A stretch of 64,000 bases of DNA. Origin: Patescibacteria group bacterium (GTDB lineage Bacteria > Patescibacteriota > Saccharimonadia > UBA4664). How positions within the stretch are numbered: the stretch's first letter is position 1; every line of letters begins with the position of its first letter. Location of the stretch: NCBI GenBank assembly GCA_028288925.1, contig JAQGHG010000010.1:8057-72056 (forward strand). Reading direction: 5' to 3'. The position numbers and the translations under genes are program-made. Positions 48,654-57,090 of the stretch are shown here, piece after piece. Below the pieces are notes generated by a model. It was not told the origin of the DNA, made no database searches, and was given only the letters and a program-made list of their open reading frames with translations.

Positions 48654-49533
48654 CGAGTTTGTCCTGCAGGTAGGCCTTGAAAGCCGGAGCGATGGCGGGG
48701 TCGTCGAGAGCGACGTCGACGATGGCCTCGAGGTATTTCTCTTTGTTACCACAGTCGTGCCAGCGGCCTTCGATGTGGCGGGCGAAGACTTTGTCCTGGC
48801 TCATGAGCTGTTTGAGGGCGTTGGTGAGGTAGATTTCGCCGGTGTGGTCGGGCTGTTGAGCCTCGAGCAGGGGTATGATGTCGGGCGTCAGGAGGAAGCC
48901 ACCGGTGACGGCGTAGACTTGGCCGTCGTGGGTGGGGGCTTGCTCCACGGCCGGCTTCTCGACGAGCGTATTGAGCTCAAAGGTATGATCGTCGAGAGCA
49001 CTCTTGATGTCGACGACGCCGTAGTTTTTGGCCCGCTCGCGCTCGACCTGCGTTACCGCGATGACCGATTTGCCGGTTTTTTGGTAAGCGTCGAGGAGCG
49101 CGACGGCTCGCGGCACGGGACCATTAAAGAAATCGTCGGCGAAGAGGACGAAGAACGGCTTGCCGTTGAGGAGGTGAGCGGCATTGAGCACCGGCGTACC
49201 GTTGCCGTAGGTGCCTTTTTGGCGCAGATAGATGAAGTTTGCCATGTCGGCGACCTTCTTCATGCGCTCGGCGATGTCGGTTTTGCCTTTCTGCATGAGT
49301 TGGTTTTCGAGTTCGTATTGATGGTCAAAGTGGTCTTCGATGGTGCGCTTGTTGGCGCTGCCGACGATGATGATGTCGGTGACGCCGGCGGCGACGGCTT
49401 CTTCTACGACGTACTGGATGATGGGCTTATCAATGATGGGCAGCATTTCTTTGGGCATGGCTTTGGTCATTGGCAAGAAGCGGGTGCCCAGCCCGGCGGC
49501 GGCGATGACGGCGGTGGTAACTTTTTTATTCAT
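48646..49533 (-). CDS. galU: UTP-glucose-1-phosphate uridylyltransferase
   Basis: AAGLGTRFLP.TKA.PKEMLP..DKP.IQY; GEIYLT. Confidence 0.92.
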   Translation of the reverse strand: MNKKVTTAVIAAAGLGTRFLPMTKAMPKEMLPIIDKPIIQYVVEEAVAAGVTDIIIVGSANKRTIEDHFDHQYELENQLMQKGKTDIAERMKKVADMANFIYLRQKGTYGNGTPVLNAAHLLNGKPFFVLFADDFFNGPVPRAVALLDAYQKTGKSVIAVTQVERERAKNYGVVDIKSALDDHTFELNTLVEKPAVEQAPTHDGQVYAVTGGFLLTPDIIPLLEAQQPDHTGEIYLTNALKQLMSQDKVFARHIEGRWHDCGNKEKYLEAIVDVALDDPAIAPAFKAYLQDKLGG

Positions 49534-49546
49534 AATCGTTAGTTTA

Positions 49547-50689
49547 CTACAATTGGCGCCAAAATAGGCTGGAGCCTATCTCGGGCAAGCGCGCTATCCA
49601 ATTGCGCTGAGGCCAAACCGAGCTACGGATGTAGTGGGATTTCTTGAGATCTTCGAGAAATTGGAGGTCGAGCGTGGTGATAGTGCCGGGATCGGTGACG
49701 GAAATGTTGAGCTCGTCATTGAGGACGAGTGAGCGGTTGTCGAGATTGGTAGAGCCGAGGGTAGCCCACATGCTATCGGCGGTGATGATCTTGGAGTGGT
49801 GCATGGTGTGTTGGTACTCATAGATTTTGACACCGCTGTCCAAGAGAGGCTGGTACGTGGCGCGGGCGGCGAAAAGGGTGATCTTGTAGTCGGTAAAAGG
49901 ACCGTTGGTGAGTACGCGCACGTCGACGCCGCGCCGGGCCGCCGCGGCTAGCGCCTCCACGATCTTGGGGCTGGGTATAAAGTAGGCGCTGGTGATCCAC
50001 AGGCGGTGCTCGGCCGCGGCAAAGACCACATCGAGCAGCTTTTCGATCTGGGTGGGGCGCGAACGGGTCGAGCTGATGGTGGTATGGACGGCGACGGAGC
50101 CGCGGTCCAGCGGCGTGGGTAGCTCCGGCAGCCGCTGGCGGGTGGCTTCGCGCCAGTTTTCGGCGAAGCCGGCGTAGAGATCGAGACAGGCGGGGCCTTC
50201 GATGCGGCAGTGGGTTTCGCGCCAGTGATGCCGGTCTTGGGCCGAGCCGGTCCACTCGTCGGCGATGCCGACACCGCCGGTGAATCCGACGGCGCCGTCG
50301 ACGAGCAGGATTTTGCGGTGGGTGCGGTTGTTGAACTTGTGCAGATGCGGCCATCGCACCGGCCGGAACCACGCCACCTGCACGCCCGCGCGTTCGAGTC
50401 GCCAGAGGCTGCGCGTATCCATGGTAGCCGCGCCGATGGCGTCGAGCAGCAAGCGCACTTTGATGCCGGCGCGGGCCCGCTCGCAGAGGGCTTGCTCGAC
50501 CTCGCTGGCGATGCGGCTGCGCCAAAATACGTAGGTCAGGAATTCGATCTGAGTTTCGGCGCCGCGGATGGCCGCGAGCATCGCCGGAAAGATTTCATCG
50601 CCGTTTTGCAGGATGGTGATCTGATTTCCCGCCCGGTACGGTGTGCCGGTGGCTTCTTGGGTGATGTTGATATACCGGTTATGGCTCAT
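49547..50689 (-). CDS. Cardiolipin synthase-like phospholipase D (ClsB-type, no N-terminal TM)
   Basis: Two HKD motifs (HRKILLVD, HSKIITAD); GSTNLDNRS. Confidence 0.9.
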   Translation of the reverse strand: MSHNRYINITQEATGTPYRAGNQITILQNGDEIFPAMLAAIRGAETQIEFLTYVFWRSRIASEVEQALCERARAGIKVRLLLDAIGAATMDTRSLWRLERAGVQVAWFRPVRWPHLHKFNNRTHRKILLVDGAVGFTGGVGIADEWTGSAQDRHHWRETHCRIEGPACLDLYAGFAENWREATRQRLPELPTPLDRGSVAVHTTISSTRSRPTQIEKLLDVVFAAAEHRLWITSAYFIPSPKIVEALAAAARRGVDVRVLTNGPFTDYKITLFAARATYQPLLDSGVKIYEYQHTMHHSKIITADSMWATLGSTNLDNRSLVLNDELNISVTDPGTITTLDLQFLEDLKKSHYIRSSVWPQRNWIARLPEIGSSLFWRQL

Positions 50690-50695
50690 GTTGTT

Positions 50696-51055
50696 CTATT
50701 TTACACGCCAATGGGTAGGTCCGAGCAAGCGTTGGCGGGAGAGTACCGCGGCGCGCTCCATTCGCCGGCGTTCTTGATCGAGCTGGGAGCGGCCTAATTG
50801 AGTGATTTGATAATATCGGCGGGGCTTGCCGGGCGCTATTTGGGGGCGCCCATTGTATTCGTCAATGAGCCGGCTCTTAGCCAGTGTGGCGAGCGCGCCG
50901 TAGAGCGTGCTAGATGAGAGTACCACGCTTCCGGCCGAGTCGGTAGACACTTGCTGCTGGATGTCGTATCCGTGAGCCGGCGCGTCGCAAAGCGCTAGTA
51001 GGATATGGAATATTTGAGGTGTGAGCGGGGTGTCGTACCCGCGGGTGGAATGCAT
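50696..51055 (-). CDS. PadR family transcriptional regulator
   Basis: FHILLAL..HGY, STLYGAL and RRYYQITQLG motifs. Confidence 0.9.
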   Translation of the reverse strand: MHSTRGYDTPLTPQIFHILLALCDAPAHGYDIQQQVSTDSAGSVVLSSSTLYGALATLAKSRLIDEYNGRPQIAPGKPRRYYQITQLGRSQLDQERRRMERAAVLSRQRLLGPTHWRVK

Positions 51056-51064
51056 GCAGGGCAG

Positions 51065-51143
51065 TATATGTCGTCAAACGACATATAGTCAATCGTTTTC
51101 GAGTAAGAAATTCGATATTCTATATGTCGTTTGGCGATATATA
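51065..51143. promoter_or_regulatory. Two palindromic operators upstream of padR
   Basis: Perfect TATATGTCGT-caa-ACGACATATA (51065-51087) overlapping the -10/-35 boxes; second copy TATATGTCGT-ttg-GCGATATATA (51121-51143). Confidence 0.8.
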
Positions 51144-51321
51144 GGCTTATGGGTGCGTCGGGCCCTGAGTAATCCCCGCAACATCACCCACCTCCGGCGC
51201 CTTAGAGTCATACACCACGATCGCCACAGTAGGCCACTCTGGCAAACAGCTTTTGGGCCGCCACCAGCTTTCACCCACCGGACAGCGTCGCGCTTTCCGG
51301 CGGTTTGACGATCGACGAATA

Positions 51322-51576
51322 CTAATCCGGAATCCGGATGCGATCGGGGTTGTTGGCTTGCCACTGCTTGATGGCATCGATTTGTTTCTGGAGAATCTTG
51401 ATGAACTTTTCGGAGCTGCCGGCGTTGATGCGCAAGACTTTGTAGTGGTCGAGGAGCTGCGGCAGGAGCTTGTCGCGGCCGCGGAAGAGCATGAGCGGCT
51501 CATCGGCCGGGATGGGCGTGCCGTCAAGCTTGGTGATGTCGCCGGAGGTTTGGTACTTGGTGTCGATCTGTCGCAT
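51322..51576 (-). CDS. 84-aa protein resembling small phage proteins with a DEPxFxLRxxD motif
   Basis: KY..ITKLDGTPIPADEPLMLFRGRDKL..L.HY; AAAAGG RBS. Confidence 0.7.
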   Translation of the reverse strand: MRQIDTKYQTSGDITKLDGTPIPADEPLMLFRGRDKLLPQLLDHYKVLRINAGSSEKFIKILQKQIDAIKQWQANNPDRIRIPD

Positions 51577-51658
51577 GGTGAGACCTTTTCGTTAATTGGA
51601 TATTCTCAGCGTAGCGAGCTGGGTGAGGCCAATCTAGAGAAGAGGTCTTCGGTAGATA

Positions 51659-52393
51659 CTAAAAGATGTCGTGATGATAGATCTCTTCGATATAGAAGAG
51701 CGGAAGGTCGCGGAACGGCTGGCCGGCCAATTGGACAAGTACCTGGGAGAATTGCTTACTGCCGTTAGTCTCGAGAGCCTCAGCCCGCGCGGCTTCCGGC
51801 AGGGGCAGCCAGGTATGCAGGCCAAATTCGTTCTTGACTGCCAGATCACCCTCGTACTTATCGGCGACACAAACATGATAGATAATGTCGCTGTAAAGCA
51901 GACCCTGGCTATCGAAGCGCACTTTGCGGAGCATGCCGAGGAGCGTGAAATTCGCGCTGAGGCCGGCCTCCTCGCCGAGGCGACGCTTCGCTGCCCGAAG
52001 GACGGGCTCGCCGCGCCGTAGCCCGCCGCCAATAAACTCGCGCTGGCCGGCAAACGGCTGACGCAGACGGTGTTGGGATAAAATCTGAGGACCTTGCTCT
52101 GACTCCCGGATTACCAAGCACAAAACCGCGATCTTAAAGCGGTTGCTCTCCCCTTTTTCGTCGAGAGGATTGAGCTCAATAATATATTTCTTGCCGCTCG
52201 AAGTTAGGAAGTATTTTTCGTCTTCTTTAAAAACGAGCTGGTTCTTGACCAAATATTGCAGATGGTAATTGTAGAGATCGCTCTCGACGTCGTCGGGCTT
52301 CATGTCGGTGTAGCGTAGGCCGGCTGAGGCGACCCGCAGGCACTCGAGAATAGCCTGCTGGATGGGGTGGCGCGATGTCATAGGGGTAGCCAT
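51659..52393 (-). CDS. wHTH-NUDIX fusion protein
   Basis: N-terminal LRYTDM..YNYHLQYL wHTH; GG.LRRGE..AAKRRLGEEAG NUDIX box. Confidence 0.82.
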   Translation of the reverse strand: MATPMTSRHPIQQAILECLRVASAGLRYTDMKPDDVESDLYNYHLQYLVKNQLVFKEDEKYFLTSSGKKYIIELNPLDEKGESNRFKIAVLCLVIRESEQGPQILSQHRLRQPFAGQREFIGGGLRRGEPVLRAAKRRLGEEAGLSANFTLLGMLRKVRFDSQGLLYSDIIYHVCVADKYEGDLAVKNEFGLHTWLPLPEAARAEALETNGSKQFSQVLVQLAGQPFRDLPLFYIEEIYHHDIF

Positions 52394-52425
52394 GGGCTGA
52401 GTATATCAAATGGTATGATATGACC

Positions 52426-52821
52426 ATGGATCTGCAAGTAGGGGTAAAAGCCCTGATTCGAGATAACGACGGCCGGTTTTTGCTGCTGCACCGGACCGAG
52501 CCGCTGCTGGACGGGAGTGGTATGCGATGGGATATTCCGGGCGGCAAGATCAATGCCAACGAACGGCTGCCCGACGCGCTGCAACGCGAAGTGCTAAAAG
52601 AGACCGGCCTAGCGCTGGAAGGTGAGCCCGTGCTCGTGGCTGCCCAGGATATCTTCATCATGGGCGCGGGCCAACATGTGGTACGGCTGACGTATGTGGC
52701 GCGGGCCAAGGGATTTGTCCGGCTCGGCGACGAGCACCAGGAGTACCGCTGGCTCAAGCGCGAGGGGGCGCTGGGCCTGCCGGTGGATGATTATTTGCGG
52801 GCGGTACTGGAGTCTCTCTAG
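52426..52821 (+). CDS. NUDIX hydrolase
   Basis: WDIPGG...E.L.DAL.REV.KETG; TATGAT 6 nt upstream of the ATG. Confidence 0.9.
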   Translation: MDLQVGVKALIRDNDGRFLLLHRTEPLLDGSGMRWDIPGGKINANERLPDALQREVLKETGLALEGEPVLVAAQDIFIMGAGQHVVRLTYVARAKGFVRLGDEHQEYRWLKREGALGLPVDDYLRAVLESL

Positions 52822-53906
52822 GCTTCGAGGCGGACGATGCCGGCGTCGGCGTCGACGGTGACGCGCTGGCCGTCCTTGAGCTTGGTAGTGGCATCGCGGG
52901 TGGCGGTGAGGCAGGGTTTGCCGAGCTCGCGGGCGATGATAGCCGCGTGGCTCAGTATGCCGCCCAGATCGGTGACGATGGCGGCGGCCTGTTGCATGAG
53001 CGGCAGATAGTCCGGCGTGGTCATGCGGCAGACCAGGATTTCGCCGGGGTTCAGTGTCACGTTTTTAATGTCTTCAACTATGCGTATGCGACCCGTGGCC
53101 TTCCCCGGGCTACCAGCCTGGCCTGATACCAGTGCATTTTTGGTATGGTCCCCTATGGCCAAGGGCGTCTGATAAAGCCGTCCCAAGATGCGATTGTAGT
53201 CGATAAACCAGATCCCGAATTGGTCCGAAGCGGTACTCTCAAAGTAGCCCTCCAGATAGTTGTGAGCAAACGTAGCATCGAGTTCAGCCGCAAGGATGCT
53301 TTGTTTATCCGCGTCGGCTACCCGGAGGTGAGCTAGGAGAACTTTAAGATGCTCAAGCGCCGCCGGTTCGTCCTGATCCATATTCCAGGTATCAAAATCC
53401 CATGAAAAGCCTATGGGTGTATGGGCTTCGTAGTAGCCTTGAGTAAGTTCATTGTGACCACCCCTAGTAATCTCCCCGAATACCCCCTGGTGATTGACGA
53501 CAAAGATGGTGGCCCAGTTGGTTCGCTCTGCATGAGGTACAAAGTCGATGCGGTAATCGGAGGGATTAATGGTTTGGCCGGCGAGCCAATCCAGGGCATC
53601 GTTTATTGTTTTGCCACGCATTCGCAGTTTGGGCAATGCAGGATCATGGGGTATAACGCGAATGGCACAGAGTTCGTGGCCGTGGGTTTTGAGGAAAGCC
53701 TGGAACTTGGTTCCGCGCTCGATAACTGTTTTTGCCTCAAACTGCTGTGGTTGGTCAAACGGAAGCCCGATGAGCTCTTTGAGATGTCTGAGACGCTCGC
53801 GTTTGTTGTTGTCTTCGATACTCATGGCCTCAGCTCCAGCGTGGTTCATCTTCTGTAGCCATTCGGTGAGTGATATTTGCTTTTTATAGAAAGCGGCGTG
53901 GTCCAT
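52818..53906 (-). CDS. PEP-utilising enzyme phospho-His swivel domain fused to an unknown N-terminal domain
   Basis: GEILVC.MTTPDY, TDLGGILSHAAIIARELG and VDADAG motifs. Confidence 0.85.
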   Translation of the reverse strand: MDHAAFYKKQISLTEWLQKMNHAGAEAMSIEDNNKRERLRHLKELIGLPFDQPQQFEAKTVIERGTKFQAFLKTHGHELCAIRVIPHDPALPKLRMRGKTINDALDWLAGQTINPSDYRIDFVPHAERTNWATIFVVNHQGVFGEITRGGHNELTQGYYEAHTPIGFSWDFDTWNMDQDEPAALEHLKVLLAHLRVADADKQSILAAELDATFAHNYLEGYFESTASDQFGIWFIDYNRILGRLYQTPLAIGDHTKNALVSGQAGSPGKATGRIRIVEDIKNVTLNPGEILVCRMTTPDYLPLMQQAAAIVTDLGGILSHAAIIARELGKPCLTATRDATTKLKDGQRVTVDADAGIVRLEA

Positions 53907-53921
53907 TGAAGGGCTCCTGAG

Positions 53922-54755
53922 TTAGAGGGTGGTAATGGGACGGGCTTGGAGGATGTGGAGTTTGTCCCAGGCATAGGCCCACTCGAGGTCGAGCGGAAGG
54001 CCAAATTGGGCTTCGAGGCGGCCCGCCAGCTGGGTGAGTTCGGCGAGCTGGACCGGAGTGAGAGCGGGCTTGGTTTGACGGTCCGGAGCTACGGGCTGCT
54101 CTCTGAGACCGCTGGTCGCCCCCACCAGCATAACGGTTTTTTCGACGATGGTCTGATTGATGATTTGACCTGTGGTTTTATTAATAAGGTAATTATCGGG
54201 CGTCGCGATGCCTTGCACTAATAGCTCTCCCAGGCCATAAACGGCTTCTACCACGATCTGATCGCGGGCCTTGGTGACGGGATTGGCGGTAAAGAGCACG
54301 CCGGAAACGTCGCTTGGGATCATGGCCTGAACGATGACTGCCACGGGCATGTGGCTCCGGCCGGCGTCATAGGCTTGGGCGCGGGCGGCCGCGCCGGACC
54401 GGCGGCAATCGGCGATGCGCGCCAAGATGTCGCCGCGCTGCACGTACAGGTAGCTCTCGAACTGACCGGCCCATGATTGGCCCGGGCCGTCCTCCCCCAC
54501 CCCCGAGGAACGTACCGCCACGGAAGGCGTACCGAGCTGATCGAAGGCAGCGAGTATTTGGCTTTGCGAGGCTCCGATATCAGTGTCCGGCGGCACGACG
54601 AAGCCCGGCGGCACCGGCGCGCCGTACGCCATGAGCCGGCCGAGAGCGGCGGCTTTGCCGCCTACCGTGCCGAGGGGCGCTGCGGCGGCTTGCTTGAGGC
54701 CCCAGGTAATACGTGCGTTAGGTGAGATCATATATGCGATTATATCCTTATTCAT
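53922..54755 (-). CDS. Stand-alone PEP/pyruvate-binding ATP-grasp domain (PPDK_N)
   Basis: VGGKA, VAVRSS..ED..SWAGQ, SGVLFT, GLGELLVQG and DLEWA..ILQARPIT motifs. Confidence 0.9.
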   Translation of the reverse strand: MNKDIIAYMISPNARITWGLKQAAAAPLGTVGGKAAALGRLMAYGAPVPPGFVVPPDTDIGASQSQILAAFDQLGTPSVAVRSSGVGEDGPGQSWAGQFESYLYVQRGDILARIADCRRSGAAARAQAYDAGRSHMPVAVIVQAMIPSDVSGVLFTANPVTKARDQIVVEAVYGLGELLVQGIATPDNYLINKTTGQIINQTIVEKTVMLVGATSGLREQPVAPDRQTKPALTPVQLAELTQLAGRLEAQFGLPLDLEWAYAWDKLHILQARPITTL

Positions 54756-54854
54756 CCAGTATTTGACGACCGACCGAGGCCGATGTACATTTAAACGACA
54801 AATAGGCTATGCCCCGCCCCCCCCGTTTCTTTGTAAGAGCGGGGGGAGAACTTT

Positions 54855-55100
54855 TTAAGCGGCTCTCACGATATCTGCTATTTCTTGTCTTATTTTTGTA
54901 ATATCTTCATCGCCCACCCACCCATCGTGATTAATGAGCCGGCGCGCATCAAAGGCTCGGATCTGTGAGACCAATGCGGTTTTGTAGGATACAGACTGTT
55001 GAAAACGGGGCGGGTGAAGTCTGGGCCCTTGCCGTCCTCCTCGAACCCGACATTACACCCAACAGCTGCCCACCAAACCTCTTGCTCGTAATAGTGAGGG
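54855..55100 (-). pseudogene. PemK/MazF toxin remnant
   Basis: YEQEVWWAAVGCNVGFEEDGKGPDFTRPV in one frame and TALVSQIRAFDARRL...IRQEIADIVRAA* in another; central part and start codon missing. Confidence 0.8.
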
Positions 55101-55110
55101 ATGGTTAACC

Positions 55111-55125
55111 GAACATAATGCGAAC
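55111..55125. promoter_or_regulatory. LexA-type direct-repeat box
   Basis: GAAC-ataatgc-GAAC directly upstream of the mazF remnant. Confidence 0.6.
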
Positions 55126-55141
55126 GTGCAAGCTTAAGGGG

Positions 55142-55627
55142 CTAGCGGCGGGCCCGGGCGCGTTTGTGGCGGGCTTCGGTGCGGCGGTCGGCTTCGCGCT
55201 TGGCCAGGTGGTGGGCGTCGTCCATTTCGGTGGCTAGGTCGGTGATGTCGACGCCTTGCTTTTCGGCGAGGCGGATGAGGGTTTTCATGATGACGGCGAT
55301 TTCTTTTTCGGCTTGGAGGTCGGTTTCGTAGTCGAGCTGGGCGCGGATTTCGGCTTTTTCGGCGCTGCGGTTTTGGCTAATCATGACGAAGGTCGAAAGG
55401 AAGATGGCTTCCAGCGACACGACCATGGTCAGGAGGCCGAAGGGAAATTTATCGAACATGTAGGAGGCGCCGAGCAGGCCGAGATTGGCCGCGATCCACA
55501 GGCCGAACCAGAGGGTGTGGAAGTAGACGAACTTGATGTTGCCGGCAAAGGCTGTAATGCCGTCGGACAGCTTATCCTCGAAATCCCGGAACTGCCTAAT
55601 ATACGAGTTAGGGTTGATGAGCGCCAC
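55142..55627 (-). CDS. DUF1003 membrane protein
   Basis: FDKFPFGLLTMVVSLEAIFLSTFVMISQNR signature. Confidence 0.92.
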   Translation of the reverse strand: MALINPNSYIRQFRDFEDKLSDGITAFAGNIKFVYFHTLWFGLWIAANLGLLGASYMFDKFPFGLLTMVVSLEAIFLSTFVMISQNRSAEKAEIRAQLDYETDLQAEKEIAVIMKTLIRLAEKQGVDITDLATEMDDAHHLAKREADRRTEARHKRARARR

Positions 55628-55672
55628 GTGGTGAGCCCTTTCGTTATACGCTTAAGTATAGAACCGTGGGGG

Positions 55673-56242
55673 CTATTTGACGATGAGCAGCAGGATGAGG
55701 CTGGCGGCGAGCAGGCCGATGAAGACAAGGGCGGCCATCTCGGTGAGCTGCTGCTCGCGGGCTTCGACCTCGCGCAGATTGCGGGCGGCCACCACGTAGC
55801 CGCCGTGATAGTGGACGATGACGGCGGCGAGGCGGGATTGATCGTTGGGCTGCCAGGTGACGCGGTTTTCCTGAGGGGCGGCGGTGTCTTTGCCGGTGTC
55901 GGCCTTGGCGGCCGCGAAGGCGCCGGCCGGAGGCAGCACGGTGGCGCCGTCGAGCGTACCGGAGGTGGCGACGACGCCGCGCTGCTCATCGGTGACGATC
56001 AGGAACGGCGCCAAGCTGGCGCGCATATTCACCTGGCGGGCCGGCACGAGCGCACTGGGCTTCTCGCCGGCGGCCAGGGCGGCGGCGGTGTCCTCGGCCA
56101 TCTGGATCTGCGGGTCGTTGGCCGCCTGGCGGTGGCTCTGCTGCACGGTGGCGTACACCAGCGTGGTGAGGCCGACGCTCATCACCAAGTATGGCAGCCA
56201 GAGCCGGACGAGGGGAATTTCGCGAAAGGTGGGTAATTTCAT
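55673..56242 (-). CDS. 2-TM protein with extracytoplasmic sensor-like domain and no kinase
   Basis: TM-QQ.HRQAANDPQ..RVTWQP..R.AAV-TM; TAAGGAG RBS. Confidence 0.75.
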   Translation of the reverse strand: MKLPTFREIPLVRLWLPYLVMSVGLTTLVYATVQQSHRQAANDPQIQMAEDTAAALAAGEKPSALVPARQVNMRASLAPFLIVTDEQRGVVATSGTLDGATVLPPAGAFAAAKADTGKDTAAPQENRVTWQPNDQSRLAAVIVHYHGGYVVAARNLREVEAREQQLTEMAALVFIGLLAASLILLLIVK

Positions 56243-56310
56243 AGTAAGGGCTCCTTAGGCCGTCAATTGGGAGAGTGCACTTTGCTTCATGTACTTAGCT
56301 TACGCCTGCG

Positions 56311-56329
56311 GTGTGAAGGGGGCGTGAAG
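56311..56329. promoter_or_regulatory. OmpR-family direct-repeat box 1
   Basis: GTGTGAAG-ggg-GCGTGAAG, 8 nt from a minus-strand TAAGCT. Confidence 0.75.
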
Positions 56330-56334
56330 ACCTA

Positions 56335-56736
56335 TTACTCGTGTTTGAGCACTTGTTTAAAGTCGGCCATTGTCATAATCCTAATACCTTTGTGCTCGCC
56401 CAGCACCAATAGGTCCTGATCGGCCGTCACCAAATAATCAACCCGTCCGGCGATAGCTGCTGCCAAAATATGGTCGTCGGATGGGTCGCGGCAGATTTGT
56501 TCGATAGTGGTAGGAGTGACTACCTCGGAAACTTTGGCGAGTGCTCGGGTGGCGGCTTTGGCTTTCTGCTTAGTGAGACCTAAAGCTTCTACGAGCACCC
56601 GCTCGGTTTCATCGAGGATGAACTCCGAGGTTATATGGGCTACCTCGTTGTGCAGCAGGAGGTTTCGAAACACCAGCAGCTCGCCACGGCGCGCCAGTAT
56701 CTTTATGAGGATATTAGTGTCGAAAAGTACCCGCAT
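56335..56736 (-). CDS. PIN domain toxin (TIGR00305-like)
   Basis: VLFDTNIL, CRDPSDDHIL and LVTADQDLL motifs. Confidence 0.92.
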   Translation of the reverse strand: MRVLFDTNILIKILARRGELLVFRNLLLHNEVAHITSEFILDETERVLVEALGLTKQKAKAATRALAKVSEVVTPTTIEQICRDPSDDHILAAAIAGRVDYLVTADQDLLVLGEHKGIRIMTMADFKQVLKHE

Positions 56737-56739
56737 TGG

Positions 56740-57021
56740 CTACTTTTGAGTTTTTTGCTTCTGGCGGATGGTTTTAACAGCGCGCACAAAATCTTCATCG
56801 GTGTCGTAGCCTAGCGCCTGGGCTTTGATGGCCACATCCTCGGACAGGGCCTCGAGCAAGAGCCAATTGTCGGCCCGGCTCTGCATTTCGGTGGCTTTGA
56901 GCCTGCCCACGAGAGCTTGGCGAATGTAGTCGCTACGGCTGGCGTATTCGGCCTTGGCGGCTACGTCGATCTTTTTGACGAGCTCTTCGGGCAGGGAGAT
57001 GTTGATGGTTTGGGTGGACAT
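56740..57021 (-). CDS. CopG/RHH antitoxin
   Basis: TINISLPEELVKKID...SRSDYIRQAL. Confidence 0.9.
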   Translation of the reverse strand: MSTQTINISLPEELVKKIDVAAKAEYASRSDYIRQALVGRLKATEMQSRADNWLLLEALSEDVAIKAQALGYDTDEDFVRAVKTIRQKQKTQK

Positions 57022-57038
57022 GATTTTTGCTCCCGGTT

Positions 57039-57076
57039 ATACAACAATTGTATGGTTGTTGTATGGTTTGTGTCAA
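57039..57076 (-). promoter_or_regulatory. Toxin-antitoxin promoter with operator repeats
   Basis: TTGACA-18-TACAAT; ATACAA-caa-TTGTAT palindrome; two TTGTATGGTT copies at 11-nt period. Confidence 0.65.
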
Positions 57077-57090
57077 TTGTATCTAGGGAG

